Part shown: one piece after another, positions 28,811 through 37,979 of the stretch
How the letters are laid out: every line of letters starts with the position of its first letter
Position numbering within the stretch: position 1 is the first letter of the stretch
Translations under genes and position numbers: made by a program
NCBI GenBank assembly: GCA_965199855.1
Contig: OZ241326.1
Location: forward strand, 960,001 to 1,024,000
DNA length: 64,000 nucleotides
DNA from: a bacterium
GTDB lineage: Bacteria > UBA8248
Direction: 5' to 3'
Notes under the pieces: generated by a model
Told to the model about the DNA's origin: nothing
The model's database searches: none
Seen by the model: only the letters and a program-made list of their open reading frames with translations

Positions 28811-30721
28811 CTATCCCGCCTCGGAGCGAAGCACCCTCTTGTCTCCGACGCGCAGGGTGATGCGGGCGGTGTCGAAGTATTCAAGCAGGGGAATCGCGTG
28901 CTTTCGCGTAATGCCCAGCAGGTCCCGAAACTCCGCCGCCGTGATTTCGCCGCCGCGAGAGAGGCGCTCCCGCAGGAGACCCTCCGCCTCGGCCAGGGCG
29001 CGTCGATGATAGACGATGCCGTCCTTGAGCCGCAACAGGGCACCCTCGTCGATGAGGATTTGCAGGGCGCTCCGGTTCGCGCCGCCCTCGCCGCCGGCTT
29101 TCCGGAATGCGTCCTCGATGGAGGGCGGCTGAAAGCGGGCGCCCTGAAACGCCGCCTCCAGCCTCGCCTTCACCGCTCCGAGCGCCTCGTCGATTTCCAC
29201 GGCGTGGGAGGCGAGCCGCAGCGCCGCGCCCTCCTCGATGACTTCGCCTGATTCGCGCAGGCGCTCCAGAGCGGCGGCGAAGATTTTCTCGTTGAGGTCG
29301 CCCGCCTTCCCGCGAACCTCCTCCCTCGGCGCGCCCCGACGCAGGGGGTTCTCGCGGTGGTATTTCCCCAGGAAGGAGAGGACGCTTCGCTGGGCGGCCT
29401 CGAAATGCGCCGTCGTCATGGCGAAAAGACCGGCCTGGTCGATGATTTTCACCTGGCCCCGCACAGAGAGCTCCTGAACGGCCCGCTCGATCTCGTCCGG
29501 CCTGAGCGTGAGGCGGCCCGTGAGGCCATCGAGGGCGATCCCCTTCAGCCGCGCGTCCCGAAGCAGGATGAGCAGTCTTTCCGTCTCGTCCGCCTCGTGA
29601 AGCGATTTCAGATGCTTGCGGGAGGAGCTTCGCAGCCGCCTGTGCTTGCGGGGCATGACGTCCAGAATTTCGCCGCCGCCTATCGTGATGATCGGCGAAT
29701 AGCTCCTGATGACGAACCTGTCCCGGGGAAGGACGACGACGGGCGCCTCGAGCCTTATCTGGGCGAAGGCGCTCTCGCCCGGCTCAAGCGCGTCCCGGCC
29801 GATGAGGGAGACCCTGCCCATGACTTCGGCCGTTCCGGCGTGGAAGCGGATGCGGCTGCGCGTTTTGAGGGCGCGGGGGGCGTCGGGCAGGTGCTCGAGG
29901 CGGACGTCGAGCATGTAGGTGGGCTTGAGCTCGCCCCGGCGGCCGATGATGTCTCCCCGTACCACCCCGGCGCGCTCGACGCCCTGAAGGTTGACGGCGG
30001 TTCTGAGGCCGGCGGTCGATTTTTCAACGGATTCCCCGTGCACCTGGAGGCCGCGAACGCGCGCCTGAACGCCCCGGGGCAGGATTTCCACCTGCTCCCC
30101 GGAAGCCACGCTGCCGCTGAACAGGGTTCCGGTTATCACGACGCCGAAGCCCCGCATCGTGAATACGCGATCGACCGGGATGCGAAAGACGCCCGCCTCG
30201 CTCTTCGCGGGCGCGGCGTTGGCGGCTTCCCGCAGGGCATCCTTGAGGCGCTCCAGCCCCTCTCCCGTGTGGGAGGAGACCGGCACGACGGGCGCGCCCT
30301 CCAAGAAGGTGCCTTTTACGAAGTCGCCGATGTCGTCGCGGACGAGCTCGACCCACTCCGGATCGGCCGCGTCCGTCTTGGTGAGCGCGACGAGGCCCGT
30401 CTTCACGCCCAGGAGCCGGCAGATGGACAGATGCTCCCTGGTCTGCGGCATGACGCCCTCGTCGGCGGCGACGATGAGCATCACCGCGTCGATGCCGCCG
30501 ACCCCGGCCAGCATGTTCCTGACGAATCGCTCATGGCCCGGAACGTCCACCACGCCCGCGCGAACGTCCTCGAGAAGGAGCTCGGCGAAGCCCAGCTCGA
30601 TGGTGATGCCGCGCTCCTTCTCTTCCTTGAGGCGGTCGGTGTCCGTGCCGGTCAGCGCCTTGACGAGAGAGGTTTTGCCGTGATCGATGTGGCCGGCGGT
30701 TCCGACGACGACGTGCTTCAT
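28811..30721 (-). CDS. selB: Selenocysteine-specific elongation factor
   Basis: [23 protein letters not shown]-terminal winged helix [15 protein letters not shown]. Confidence 0.96.
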   Translation of the reverse strand: MKHVVVGTAGHIDHGKTSLVKALTGTDTDRLKEEKERGITIELGFAELLLEDVRAGVVDVPGHERFVRNMLAGVGGIDAVMLIVAADEGVMPQTREHLSICRLLGVKTGLVALTKTDAADPEWVELVRDDIGDFVKGTFLEGAPVVPVSSHTGEGLERLKDALREAANAAPAKSEAGVFRIPVDRVFTMRGFGVVITGTLFSGSVASGEQVEILPRGVQARVRGLQVHGESVEKSTAGLRTAVNLQGVERAGVVRGDIIGRRGELKPTYMLDVRLEHLPDAPRALKTRSRIRFHAGTAEVMGRVSLIGRDALEPGESAFAQIRLEAPVVVLPRDRFVIRSYSPIITIGGGEILDVMPRKHRRLRSSSRKHLKSLHEADETERLLILLRDARLKGIALDGLTGRLTLRPDEIERAVQELSVRGQVKIIDQAGLFAMTTAHFEAAQRSVLSFLGKYHRENPLRRGAPREEVRGKAGDLNEKIFAAALERLRESGEVIEEGAALRLASHAVEIDEALGAVKARLEAAFQGARFQPPSIEDAFRKAGGEGGANRSALQILIDEGALLRLKDGIVYHRRALAEAEGLLRERLSRGGEITAAEFRDLLGITRKHAIPLLEYFDTARITLRVGDKRVLRSEAG

Positions 30722-30760
30722 CGGGGAGCTTCGCCTTCGCGCGCGGCGTCGGGGCGCGGC

Positions 30761-31564
30761 CTAGTCATGGCGGCGGATGAATTCCAGGACGGCCTCGTTG
30801 AATTCGTCGGGCTTCTCGATATAGACGAAATGACCGCCCTCCTCGAAAATTTTCAATTCGGCGCCGGGAATGGCCTCGCGCAGCTGCTCCGAATAATAGA
30901 GCGGGGTGACGACGTCGTCCCTCGCGACGGCCACCAGCGTCGGCGCGGCGACGCTTCCCAGACGCGCCAGCTGATCGTGCGCGATGATGCAGTCGATTCT
31001 CTCGGCCATGATCTCCGCCGGCGGGACGCCCAGGAGCGTCTCGTCTTCCTGCGCCTCTATCCGCTCGAAATTGTCGGCGAAGAATTTCGGGCTGTGCAGG
31101 GTGAAGGTGGAGAATCGCGTGTAGGTCTCCCATCCCATCTCGAGCAGGACCTGCCTGCGCACGCTGAACTGGCGGGTGAAGTAGGCGTCGCTCCTGGGCC
31201 AGGAGCTGACGATGGAGGCGCTCTGCACGCGCCCGGGATGGTCGATGCACATCACCTGGATGATGGCGCCTCCGGTCGAGCTGCCGACGAGGTGCGCTTT
31301 TTCCGCGCCGATGTCGTCCATGATGGCCGCTACGTCCCGCGCCATGGCGGGGACGCTGTAGACCCCGCCCGGCTTGTCGCTTTTTCCCGTCCCCCTGTGG
31401 TCGTGCAGAACGAGGGGCCTCTCTTTGGAGAAGGCGCCGCGCTGCTTCGTCCAGGAAGCGCGGACGCCGCCCAGTCCGCTGATCAGGAACGCGGGCGTCC
31501 CGGGCAGATGGGAGTTGACGACTTCGTAGTCTATCGAAACGCCTTCGGAATTCACGGTCGGCAT
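30761..31564 (-). CDS. Alpha/beta hydrolase (RutD-like)
   Basis: GLGG, HDHRGTGKS, GSSTG, GGH. Confidence 0.82.
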   Translation of the reverse strand: MPTVNSEGVSIDYEVVNSHLPGTPAFLISGLGGVRASWTKQRGAFSKERPLVLHDHRGTGKSDKPGGVYSVPAMARDVAAIMDDIGAEKAHLVGSSTGGAIIQVMCIDHPGRVQSASIVSSWPRSDAYFTRQFSVRRQVLLEMGWETYTRFSTFTLHSPKFFADNFERIEAQEDETLLGVPPAEIMAERIDCIIAHDQLARLGSVAAPTLVAVARDDVVTPLYYSEQLREAIPGAELKIFEEGGHFVYIEKPDEFNEAVLEFIRRHD

Positions 31565-31628
31565 CGGGGATTCGCCTCCTGGTTTCGCGGCGGCGCGCTC
31601 CGCGCGCGGCGCGAAGAGGGTCGGGGGG

Positions 31629-33053
31629 CTACTTCGCGCATTCCCGCAGAACGGCGGCCAGTTGACGGATTTCGTCTTCTCCCACGCAGCGCAGGTCGAG
31701 CGCCGCCTTGCCCTCGCGCACCCGCGCGATGACGGGCGGGTCGCCGCCCCTGAGCCTGGCTTCCAGCGTCTGCGCGGAGCAATTCCGGGGAGAGAGCGTC
31801 ACGGCGAAGCCCGCAAGCTCCGCCAGAGGCATGGCGCCCCCTCCCACCATGCCGGAAGTCTCCTCCACGTCGGCGCCCAGCGCGGAGCGGGTCTCCTCTC
31901 CCATCGCGTCCATCAGGGTCCCGGCGCGCTCTTTAAGTTCGCCCCGGCCGGCGGACAGCATCCGGAGCGCGGGTATCTCCCTTCGGGCGGCGGCGGGGTC
32001 GAGATGCGCCCTGAGCGTCGCCTCCAGCGCGGCGAGCGTGAGCTTGTCCACCCGGAGAGCGCGCATGAGCGGGTGCTTCCTCATCTTCTCTACCCAGGCC
32101 GCCCTGCCGACGACGATCCCGGCCTGCGGGCCGCCCAGCAGCTTGTCGCCCGAGAACGCGACGACATCAATCCCCGCCCGCACCGACTCCGTCACGGCGG
32201 GCTCGCGCGGAAGGCCCTCGACGTGCAGGAGCGAGCCGCTCCCGAGGTCCTCGAGGGTGGGAACGCCCTTCTCCCGGCCGAGTTCGGCAAGCTCCTCCCG
32301 GGAGGCTTCCTCGGTGAAGCCGACGATCCTGTAGTTGCTCGTGTGCGCCTTGAAGAGCAGCGCCGTCCTCTCGGTGAGGGCGCCTCGGTAGTCGGAGATT
32401 CTCGTCTTGTTCGTCGTCCCGACTTCCACCAGTTTCGCGCCGCTTTGCGCCATGATGTCGGGAATCCGGAAGGAGCCGCCGATTTCGACCAGCTCGCCGC
32501 GGGAGACGATCACCTCTCCGTCGCGCGCCATCGCGTGAATCGCGAACATCACGGCGGCGGCGTTGTTGTTGACGATCAGGGCGGCCTCCGCCCCCGTCAG
32601 CCGGCGGAGGAGGGCTTCCGCGTCCACCCCGCGCCCGCCTCTGCTTCCGAGAGCGAGGTCGAACTCCAGGTTCGAGTATCCTCGCGCGACGTCGTCGATG
32701 GCCGCTCTGGCGGCCGCGCTCAGGGGGGCGCGCCCCAGGTTCGTATGCAGCGCGACCCCCGTGGCGTTGATGACTCTTTTCAGTCCGGGCCGCCTGCTGG
32801 AGGCGAGAATCCGCCTCGCGTCGTCCAGCACCGTCTCCCGAAGCGCCCGCCCGCAGGCATCTGGACTCCCCGCCGCCTCTCCCTCGATGAGGAGCCGCCT
32901 TTTCACTCCGATGGCCTCTCTCGCCGCCCGGGAGAGCGCGGCGTCCGATGAGCCGTTGCCCCCCTCGCCTCTCAGCCGCGTGGCGATCTCGTCCACGGAA
33001 GGCAGCAGGCGCAACAACACGGCGCGGGAGTCGGGGGTTCGTGGAGAAGTCAT
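31629..33053 (-). CDS. selA: L-seryl-tRNA(Sec) selenium transferase
   Basis: INATGVALHTNLGRA, VNNNAAA, EIGGSFRIP, FSGDKLLGGPQAG. Confidence 0.96.
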   Translation of the reverse strand: MTSPRTPDSRAVLLRLLPSVDEIATRLRGEGGNGSSDAALSRAAREAIGVKRRLLIEGEAAGSPDACGRALRETVLDDARRILASSRRPGLKRVINATGVALHTNLGRAPLSAAARAAIDDVARGYSNLEFDLALGSRGGRGVDAEALLRRLTGAEAALIVNNNAAAVMFAIHAMARDGEVIVSRGELVEIGGSFRIPDIMAQSGAKLVEVGTTNKTRISDYRGALTERTALLFKAHTSNYRIVGFTEEASREELAELGREKGVPTLEDLGSGSLLHVEGLPREPAVTESVRAGIDVVAFSGDKLLGGPQAGIVVGRAAWVEKMRKHPLMRALRVDKLTLAALEATLRAHLDPAAARREIPALRMLSAGRGELKERAGTLMDAMGEETRSALGADVEETSGMVGGGAMPLAELAGFAVTLSPRNCSAQTLEARLRGGDPPVIARVREGKAALDLRCVGEDEIRQLAAVLRECAK

Positions 33054-33329
33054 GGCGCGCATCCTCTGCGTTGACCCGAAGGAATGAATATAGGATTGCG
33101 GGTTTCGCGCGGTCAAGTCGCCGAATCCGCGCCGGCGGCCGCCCCGAAGCGGGGACGAGGGAGGCGGGAAGGCCCCGAATTCTCCCGGTCCCGCGCCCGT
33201 CTTGACACCCGCGCCGCGCCCCTGCTAGGTTTCGCCCGCGCAATCCGCGAGGGTCCGCGCGCTCAGATATTTATTCGCATCCGGCTTGCTTCGCCTTCCG
33301 GCTTTCGGCCTTCAGGGGCAGGAGAGCGC

Positions 33330-34154
33330 ATGAATCCGCCTCGCAGCGAATCTTCCGTTTTCGTTCCCGGCAAGGGCAAGGCCGCCGTCCCGTTCATGCG
33401 CGACGTTTTCACGATTCCCACGAACGCCCGGCACAGGCCCAGGCTCATCGGCTCCGTCTGCGAGGAGTGCGAGGAGTATTTTTTCCCGAAGACGGGCGCG
33501 AAGACCACCTGCGACAACCCCGTCTGCCCGCGCAGCACGGGCGAGGTGCTGCTGAGCGGAAAGGGCAGGCTCCTTTCGGCGACGATTACGCATTCCGCCG
33601 CGGGGGGAGAAGGGGAGCGCGTCTCCGCCGTCATCCTCCTGGAAGAGGGGATCAAGATAAACTCCCACCTGCTCGGCTGGGAGGGCTACCGGGACATGCT
33701 GGTTCCGGGCGCTCCCGTCGAGCTCGTCCTTCAGGATCTCGGCGAGAACGAATGGCGCGAAACCCAGGTGGGCTACGCCTTCCGGCTGGTGACCGGCCGC
33801 AAAAAGCCCGTTTTTCCGCCCACGGAAAGCGAGGCGCGCGCCGCGCGCGCGAAGAAGGGGCGAGAACGGCCCGCGCAAAAGAAAGGGCGGGCGCCGGCCG
33901 GCGCCCGGACGCGGAAGAAGCCGGCGACCTCCGCGAAAAAAGCGACTCCCGCGAAAAGGAAAGCGGCGGCCGCTCCGAAGAAGCCCGCTTCGGCGGGCGC
34001 GAAGGCGGCCTCTTCCGCGCGCGGGGCGGCTTCCGCCAAGGCGTCATCCGCCGGAAAAGCGGCGACCGCGAAGAAGGCGGCCGAGAAAAAGCCCCCCGCC
34101 GCCAGCGCCGGCCGGCGAAAGGCGGCCTCCCGAAGCGCTCCCAAGCGCCGCTAG
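33330..34154 (+). CDS. Zn-ribbon/OB-fold (DUF35-like) protein with Lys/Ala-rich tail
   Basis: LIGSVCEEC...FFP...CDNPVC, LSGKG, YAFR; histone-H1-like C-terminus. Confidence 0.75.
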   Translation: MNPPRSESSVFVPGKGKAAVPFMRDVFTIPTNARHRPRLIGSVCEECEEYFFPKTGAKTTCDNPVCPRSTGEVLLSGKGRLLSATITHSAAGGEGERVSAVILLEEGIKINSHLLGWEGYRDMLVPGAPVELVLQDLGENEWRETQVGYAFRLVTGRKKPVFPPTESEARAARAKKGRERPAQKKGRAPAGARTRKKPATSAKKATPAKRKAAAAPKKPASAGAKAASSARGAASAKASSAGKAATAKKAAEKKPPAASAGRRKAASRSAPKRR

Positions 34155-34172
34155 CGGGCCCCGCCGCGACCG

Positions 34173-35339
34173 ATGCCGCTCCTTGCGGGCCTCAGGGTCA
34201 TCGACGCCAGCCAGTTCAACGCAGGACCCATCGTCTCTCTCTATCTGGCGGGCTACGGGGCGGACGTCGTCAAGGTCGAGCGCCCGGGCGGGGAGGACAG
34301 CCGCGCCATCGGGCCCTTCAAGGGCGGCGAGAGCAGCTACTTCATGAGCCTGAACCGGGGAAAGCGCTCCATCACCCTCAATCTCAAAAGCCCCGAGGGC
34401 GTGGAGGTTTTCAAGAAACTTTGCCGCCGGGCGGACGTTCTGGTGGAAAACTTCCTCCCCGGCGTCATGGACAGGCTGGGCGTCGGCTGGAGCGTCCTCA
34501 AGGCCGAGAACCCCAGGCTCATCTACGGCGCGGTGTCGGGCTTCGGGCGGACGGGAAAAAACGCCGCGCGCCCCGCCTTCGACAGCCTGCTCCAGGCGGC
34601 GGGCGGCCTCATCAGCGTCACGGGGCCCGCGGGCGGCGCGCCCGCGCGCGTGGGCGTCTCCATCGTGGACGTGTCGAGCGGCCTCTATCTCCTGTCGGGC
34701 GTCCTGGCCGCGCTCTGGCGCAGGGAGCGCGAGGGGGAGGGAACGCGCGTGGACGCCTCCATGCTGGGCGCCGCCGTCAACGTCATGGAGAATCCCGTGG
34801 CGCGCCACGCCTTCACCGGCGAGATTCCCGGCCCCGAGGGCCTCTCCCATCCGGTGGTCTCGCCCTTCTCGGGCTACCGGACGAGGGACGGCCTCATCTT
34901 CATCGCCATCTCGAACACGAGCCGCTTCCGCGCCCTGGCCCGCGCGCTGGGTCTGAACGCGCTCGCCGAGGACGCGCGCTTCCGCGAGAACCGGGATCGC
35001 GTGGCGAACGACGACGCCCTGCGCGCCATTCTGGAGGGCGCGCTGGCGGAGCGGACGACCGCCGAATGGGAGGCGCTCCTCGTTCCTCAAGGGGTTCCGG
35101 CGAGCGCCATCAACGACGTGGCGCAGGTGAAGGAGCGCTTCCCGGAAGCCTTCGTGGAGGTCGCGCACCCGGCGGCGGGCCCCGGCCTCCTGCCCGCCTC
35201 GCCGCTCGCTTTCGAGGGCGAGGCGCCCGACTTCTCCCGTCCCGCCCCCCGCGCGGGCGAGCACACGGAGGAGGTTCTCGCCGAGCTGGGCTACGGAGCC
35301 GGAGAGGTCGCCCGCCTCCGCGAGGCGGGGGCGATCTGA
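34173..35339 (+). CDS. Family III CoA-transferase (CaiB/BaiF)
   Basis: LAGLRVID, GADVVKVE, NRGKRS, ENFLPG, PRAGEHT. Confidence 0.93.
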   Translation: MPLLAGLRVIDASQFNAGPIVSLYLAGYGADVVKVERPGGEDSRAIGPFKGGESSYFMSLNRGKRSITLNLKSPEGVEVFKKLCRRADVLVENFLPGVMDRLGVGWSVLKAENPRLIYGAVSGFGRTGKNAARPAFDSLLQAAGGLISVTGPAGGAPARVGVSIVDVSSGLYLLSGVLAALWRREREGEGTRVDASMLGAAVNVMENPVARHAFTGEIPGPEGLSHPVVSPFSGYRTRDGLIFIAISNTSRFRALARALGLNALAEDARFRENRDRVANDDALRAILEGALAERTTAEWEALLVPQGVPASAINDVAQVKERFPEAFVEVAHPAAGPGLLPASPLAFEGEAPDFSRPAPRAGEHTEEVLAELGYGAGEVARLREAGAI

Positions 35340-35397
35340 GGGGGGCGATCAAGAAGAATTGAGCGGGGACTTCGGGGCGGCGGCGTCTTTCCCTCCC

Positions 35398-37911
35398 TCA
35401 CCACCTCGCGCGCCATGCGGCGAGGAGTCCGACCTCGCGCTTTTTCGAGACGGCGTGTCCGGGATGCCTCGACCAGACGGCCTCGAGGGAGAGCTCGCCG
35501 CCCAGGGCGTCCGCCCCGCGCCAGCGCGCCGAGAAGTCGATCTGCCGGCCCGAGGGCGCGAGTCCCGCCGAGACCGAGCGGCGAAGAATCTCCCCGCTCC
35601 ACGCCCGCCCGACGGGAAGCGCCAGGCGGACGCGCCCGCCCTCCACGCGCGGCGGCTGGGAGACGGAGAAGACGAGCTCCCGCCCGGGCGTCAGCCGTCT
35701 GCGGGCGGAGAGCGACGCCGCGCTCGTGGTCACGTCCGAGAAGCCGGCTATCATCCCCCCGCCCGCGTGAATCCGCGAGAAGCCGGCCTCGACCTCCGCG
35801 GCCAAGCGCCACCCGCCCAGCTCCGCCTCCGCCTCGACCCCGGCGATGAGGCTGTCGGCGGCCAGGCGGCCGAACGCGCCGCCCGCCTTCGAGCCCAGGG
35901 CGGTCTCCTCCTCCCGGAGCCAGCCCAGACGCGCCCCGAACGGGGAGTCCGGCGGACGCCAGGACAAAGCCAGCCCGGCGTCGGGCGCCTCGCTCGCGTC
36001 ATGGCCCAGGCCGGAGGCCGCGAAGGCCGAGGCTTCCAGCCCCCCCGGCGTCCGATACGCCACGGTCGCGGCGTTCTCCGCGACGTTCAACAGGCTGCTC
36101 TCCGAAGCCACGGGAGACCTGTAGAGACCGAAGCGCCAGCCGGCGCGCTCCACCCGCGCCTCCCTGCGCGGAACGCTGAGACCGTGAAGCCTGCGCTCGT
36201 TCGAGGGCTCTCCCCGCGCGGCGAGGGTGAGGGCCGAGGAATCGAACCAGAAGGGCGCGCCCAGGGCGTCTATCGCCGCGATCTCCACCCCGACCAGGGC
36301 GACCGACAGACCATCGCCCAGAGGCGCGCCCATCGCCAGCCGGGTGTCGGCGAGAGGATGCCCCGCGTCGCCCACGCTCCCGCCGCCCGCGACGACCGCC
36401 AGCCCGCCCACCGGGTTGGTCGCCGCGCCCAGGTCCATCAGCCCCTGACCGTAGATGGCGCGGTCGGCGTATCTGCCGCTCTTGTCGGCCGTGCGGAACA
36501 GGCGGACGAGCAACTCCTCGCTCGAGAGCTGATCGCGGAAAACGTGCCGCATCACCGCCAGACCCCCCGCAACCATCGGCGCCGCAAAAGACGTGCCGGC
36601 CAGCAGGGCCACGTCTCGACCGGGGCGGGGCGGATCGCCCAGGGGTCCGAAATAGGCCGCGCTGACGGCCGCGCCGTCAAAATCGCCGCCCGGCGCCGCG
36701 ACGCACCAGTCCGCCGCGATCCCGCAGCGGTTCGAGAACGAGGAGATGACGCCGCCCGAGCCTACGGAAACCACGGCGACCGAATGGCCCCGCAGCTCCC
36801 GGATGCGCGCGGGCAACCCGGAATAGACGTTCGGCGAGCGGGCGTTGAGCGAGCCCGCCGGCGCGTCCTTCATGCAGGTCGATGGGTCGGTGGTCAGGCA
36901 GTTCGGCGGGTTCTGGTTCCTGGGGTCGATCCCCATGCGGTCGCTGCCCATGCAATGGAGCGAGCCCGGCGCGCACAGGTCGCCGTTGGCGTTGCCGGCG
37001 GACCAGACGAGGATGGTTTTTCGGGCGCGACCGGCCTGCGCCAGCGCCGCGATGGCGCGGCCGTAGTTCGCCCGCAGCTGCGCCTCGTCATAGACGTCAA
37101 TGAGGCCGTCTATCCCGAAACTCAGGTTCAGGACGTCGAGGTTCTCGCTCGGGCGCAGGACGCGGCCGTAAAGCGCCGCGTCGCCGGCGTCGTCGCCGGC
37201 GAGCTCGCCCGGCGTGGTCGCGTGGACGATTCTATCCGGTATCGCGCTTCCCAGCGGAATGGCGAACATCTTGAGGCTCGCCCCCGGCGCGACGCCGCGA
37301 AAATCGACGCAGAAGCCGGCCGTCACATGTCGAAAACTGCATGTCCCGCCCGGCGCCGCGCCGACGATGCTGGCGACCGCGGTGCCGTGGGAGAAGCTCA
37401 ATCCGTCCTCGTTCGCCGCGCCGTCGAGGAACGTCTCGGGAATCGACTTGCCCGCGAAGAAAGGATGCCCCTGGTCTATCCCCGTATCGAGAAAGCCCAC
37501 CGTGACGCCCGACCCCGGGGCGGCGTCCGCCCCGCGCAGGAGCTCCACGTCCGCCCAAGCCTCGTGGGCGTTGACGATCTCCAGCCCCCATAGGTTCCTG
37601 AAGATATCATCGAAGAGGTGGCCGCCGGCTATGACCTCCCGCCTTTGGCGATAAGCCGCGTCCGTGAGGCAGCCGAAAGCGGCGGTCTCGATGCACCCCC
37701 GGGCCGTCATGGAAGGCGGTTCGGGCTGCGGAGCGGGCGCGACCGCGGCCGGCGCGCTACCACCCCCTCCGCCCCCGCATCCGGCGAGGAGCGCGCCCAG
37801 AAGGAGCGGGGCGAGGAGGAGCCTCGCGCCGCGCCGCCGGCGGATCCCGCCCATACCGGACGGAAGGGGCTCGCCCGCGGCTTTCGCCGGAAGATGCAGC
37901 TCTCCCGCCAT
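35398..37911 (-). CDS. S8 subtilisin-like serine protease lipoprotein with beta-barrel-like C-terminus (copy 1)
   Basis: Lipobox LLAGC, FLDTG, HGT, SAGN, GTSFAAP; C-terminal aromatic W. Confidence 0.88.
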   Translation of the reverse strand: MAGELHLPAKAAGEPLPSGMGGIRRRRGARLLLAPLLLGALLAGCGGGGGGSAPAAVAPAPQPEPPSMTARGCIETAAFGCLTDAAYRQRREVIAGGHLFDDIFRNLWGLEIVNAHEAWADVELLRGADAAPGSGVTVGFLDTGIDQGHPFFAGKSIPETFLDGAANEDGLSFSHGTAVASIVGAAPGGTCSFRHVTAGFCVDFRGVAPGASLKMFAIPLGSAIPDRIVHATTPGELAGDDAGDAALYGRVLRPSENLDVLNLSFGIDGLIDVYDEAQLRANYGRAIAALAQAGRARKTILVWSAGNANGDLCAPGSLHCMGSDRMGIDPRNQNPPNCLTTDPSTCMKDAPAGSLNARSPNVYSGLPARIRELRGHSVAVVSVGSGGVISSFSNRCGIAADWCVAAPGGDFDGAAVSAAYFGPLGDPPRPGRDVALLAGTSFAAPMVAGGLAVMRHVFRDQLSSEELLVRLFRTADKSGRYADRAIYGQGLMDLGAATNPVGGLAVVAGGGSVGDAGHPLADTRLAMGAPLGDGLSVALVGVEIAAIDALGAPFWFDSSALTLAARGEPSNERRLHGLSVPRREARVERAGWRFGLYRSPVASESSLLNVAENAATVAYRTPGGLEASAFAASGLGHDASEAPDAGLALSWRPPDSPFGARLGWLREEETALGSKAGGAFGRLAADSLIAGVEAEAELGGWRLAAEVEAGFSRIHAGGGMIAGFSDVTTSAASLSARRRLTPGRELVFSVSQPPRVEGGRVRLALPVGRAWSGEILRRSVSAGLAPSGRQIDFSARWRGADALGGELSLEAVWSRHPGHAVSKKREVGLLAAWRARW

Positions 37912-37979
37912 TCTCGTTCGACCTTCCAGAGCGTGGAGCGTGAGACGACTTGTCAGGGAGCCTTGACGCGCGCGCGTCC

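Noticed and set aside
27590-33300. tRNA-Sec (selC) near selA/selB
   Set aside because: No cloverleaf with a UCA anticodon was recognisable in the short intergenic gaps.
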